Below are positions 63,300-64,000 of a DNA stretch of 64,000 nt, piece after piece. Source of the DNA: a virus (Duplodnaviria > Caudoviricetes); IMG/VR virus record IMGVR_UViG_2784132107_000001, one strand, 5' to 3'. Position numbers and translations under genes: made by a program. Every line of letters begins with the position of its first letter. Position 1 is the stretch's first letter. The notes under the pieces were generated by a model. That model made no database searches. It saw nothing but the letters and a program-made list of their open reading frames with translations, and had not been told where the DNA came from.

Positions 63300-64000
63300 A
63301 TGGGAACGATCACGGAGCGCGTTCGCAAGGACAAGAGTATAGGCTACACCGCCAAGATCCGCCTGAAGCAAGGCGGCAGGGTCGTACATACTGAGGCGAA
63401 GACCTTCGACCGTAGACCGGCGGCACAGGCGTGGCTCGACAAGCGGGAGCGCGAGTTGGCGCAACCCGGCGCACTCGAAACAGCCAAAGTGGAAGATCCG
63501 ACCTTAAGCGAGGCGATCGGTCACTACATCCGGGAATTGAAACGGAATCCCGGTCGTACGAAGAAACCCCCCGCAAGGTGCTGAAGCGGCTCGGTGCTTC
63601 GGGAAAATCCGCCATGCGCCAACATCGCCCTCCCCTCGACGAACTCGACCGGATCCTGACCCATTTCGAGAGAATCCGAAAGCGCCGCCCGGACAGTGCC
63701 CCGATACGCGACCTGACGGCGTTCGCCCTCTTCTCTACACGAATCCAGGAAATGCTCCGGATCGAATGGAAGGATCTCGACGAAAGCGGAAGCCGCGTGC
63801 TCGTACGCAACCTGAAACACCCAGGTCAGAAAATCGGCAACGACGTCTGGTGCGACTTGCCTCTGGAGGCGTTCCGGACCGTCAAGGCGCAGCCGCAACT
63901 GGATGATCGAATTTTTCCGTATGGCACCGACGCCGTCGGCGCGGCGCTTTCAGCGCCTGCCGGTTCCTGCAGATCGAGGACCTGCCCCCGCAAGACATGA
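63300..64000 (+). pseudogene. Decayed dusA-associated integrase of a second, tandem element
   Basis: Homologous to 2..1003, but ~70 codons are deleted with a frameshift near 63570; second frameshift near 63950; HFHDLR replaced by PPQDM. Confidence 0.85.

Overview
The window is almost entirely one ~63-kb, GC-rich temperate prophage with podovirus-type gene content. It is integrated in the 5' end of dusA. The tyrosine integrase is at the left edge (start and attL lie outside the window). A stranded dusA 5' fragment (MKSTPRRVSVAPMMDWTDR) marks attR at ~63.1 kb, followed by a decayed integrase of a second, tandem dusA-targeting element. The minus-strand arm (1.2-34.3 kb) is morphogenesis: TerS/TerL, portal, scaffold, capsid, tail adaptor/nozzle, tailspike and fibre, three SGNH esterases, GH108 endolysin and holin, and ejection proteins including a 2480-aa polyvalent protein. 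The plus-strand arm (35.2-63.0 kb) holds ~45 small early genes interleaved with a MoxR-type AAA+ ATPase, a DUF3150-like protein and a metallopeptidase-VWA protein. It continues with family A DNA polymerase, nucleases, an SNF2-type helicase, a primase-helicase and a PrtN-like probable excisionase. The most notable unexplained signals are: (1) ~20 dissimilar small proteins that share a hydrophobic helix ending [VLA]xx[RK][LMV], arranged as repeat-bounded cassettes around the AAA+/VWA genes; (2) a ~560-nt multibranched RNA-like structure upstream of the first early gene; (3) three +1-frame ORFs with strong Shine-Dalgarno sites nested in the giant virion gene; (4) a dispersed GTTAGCA motif in a prophage with no recognisable CI repressor. 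All family assignments come from motif recognition by eye; no database search was run.
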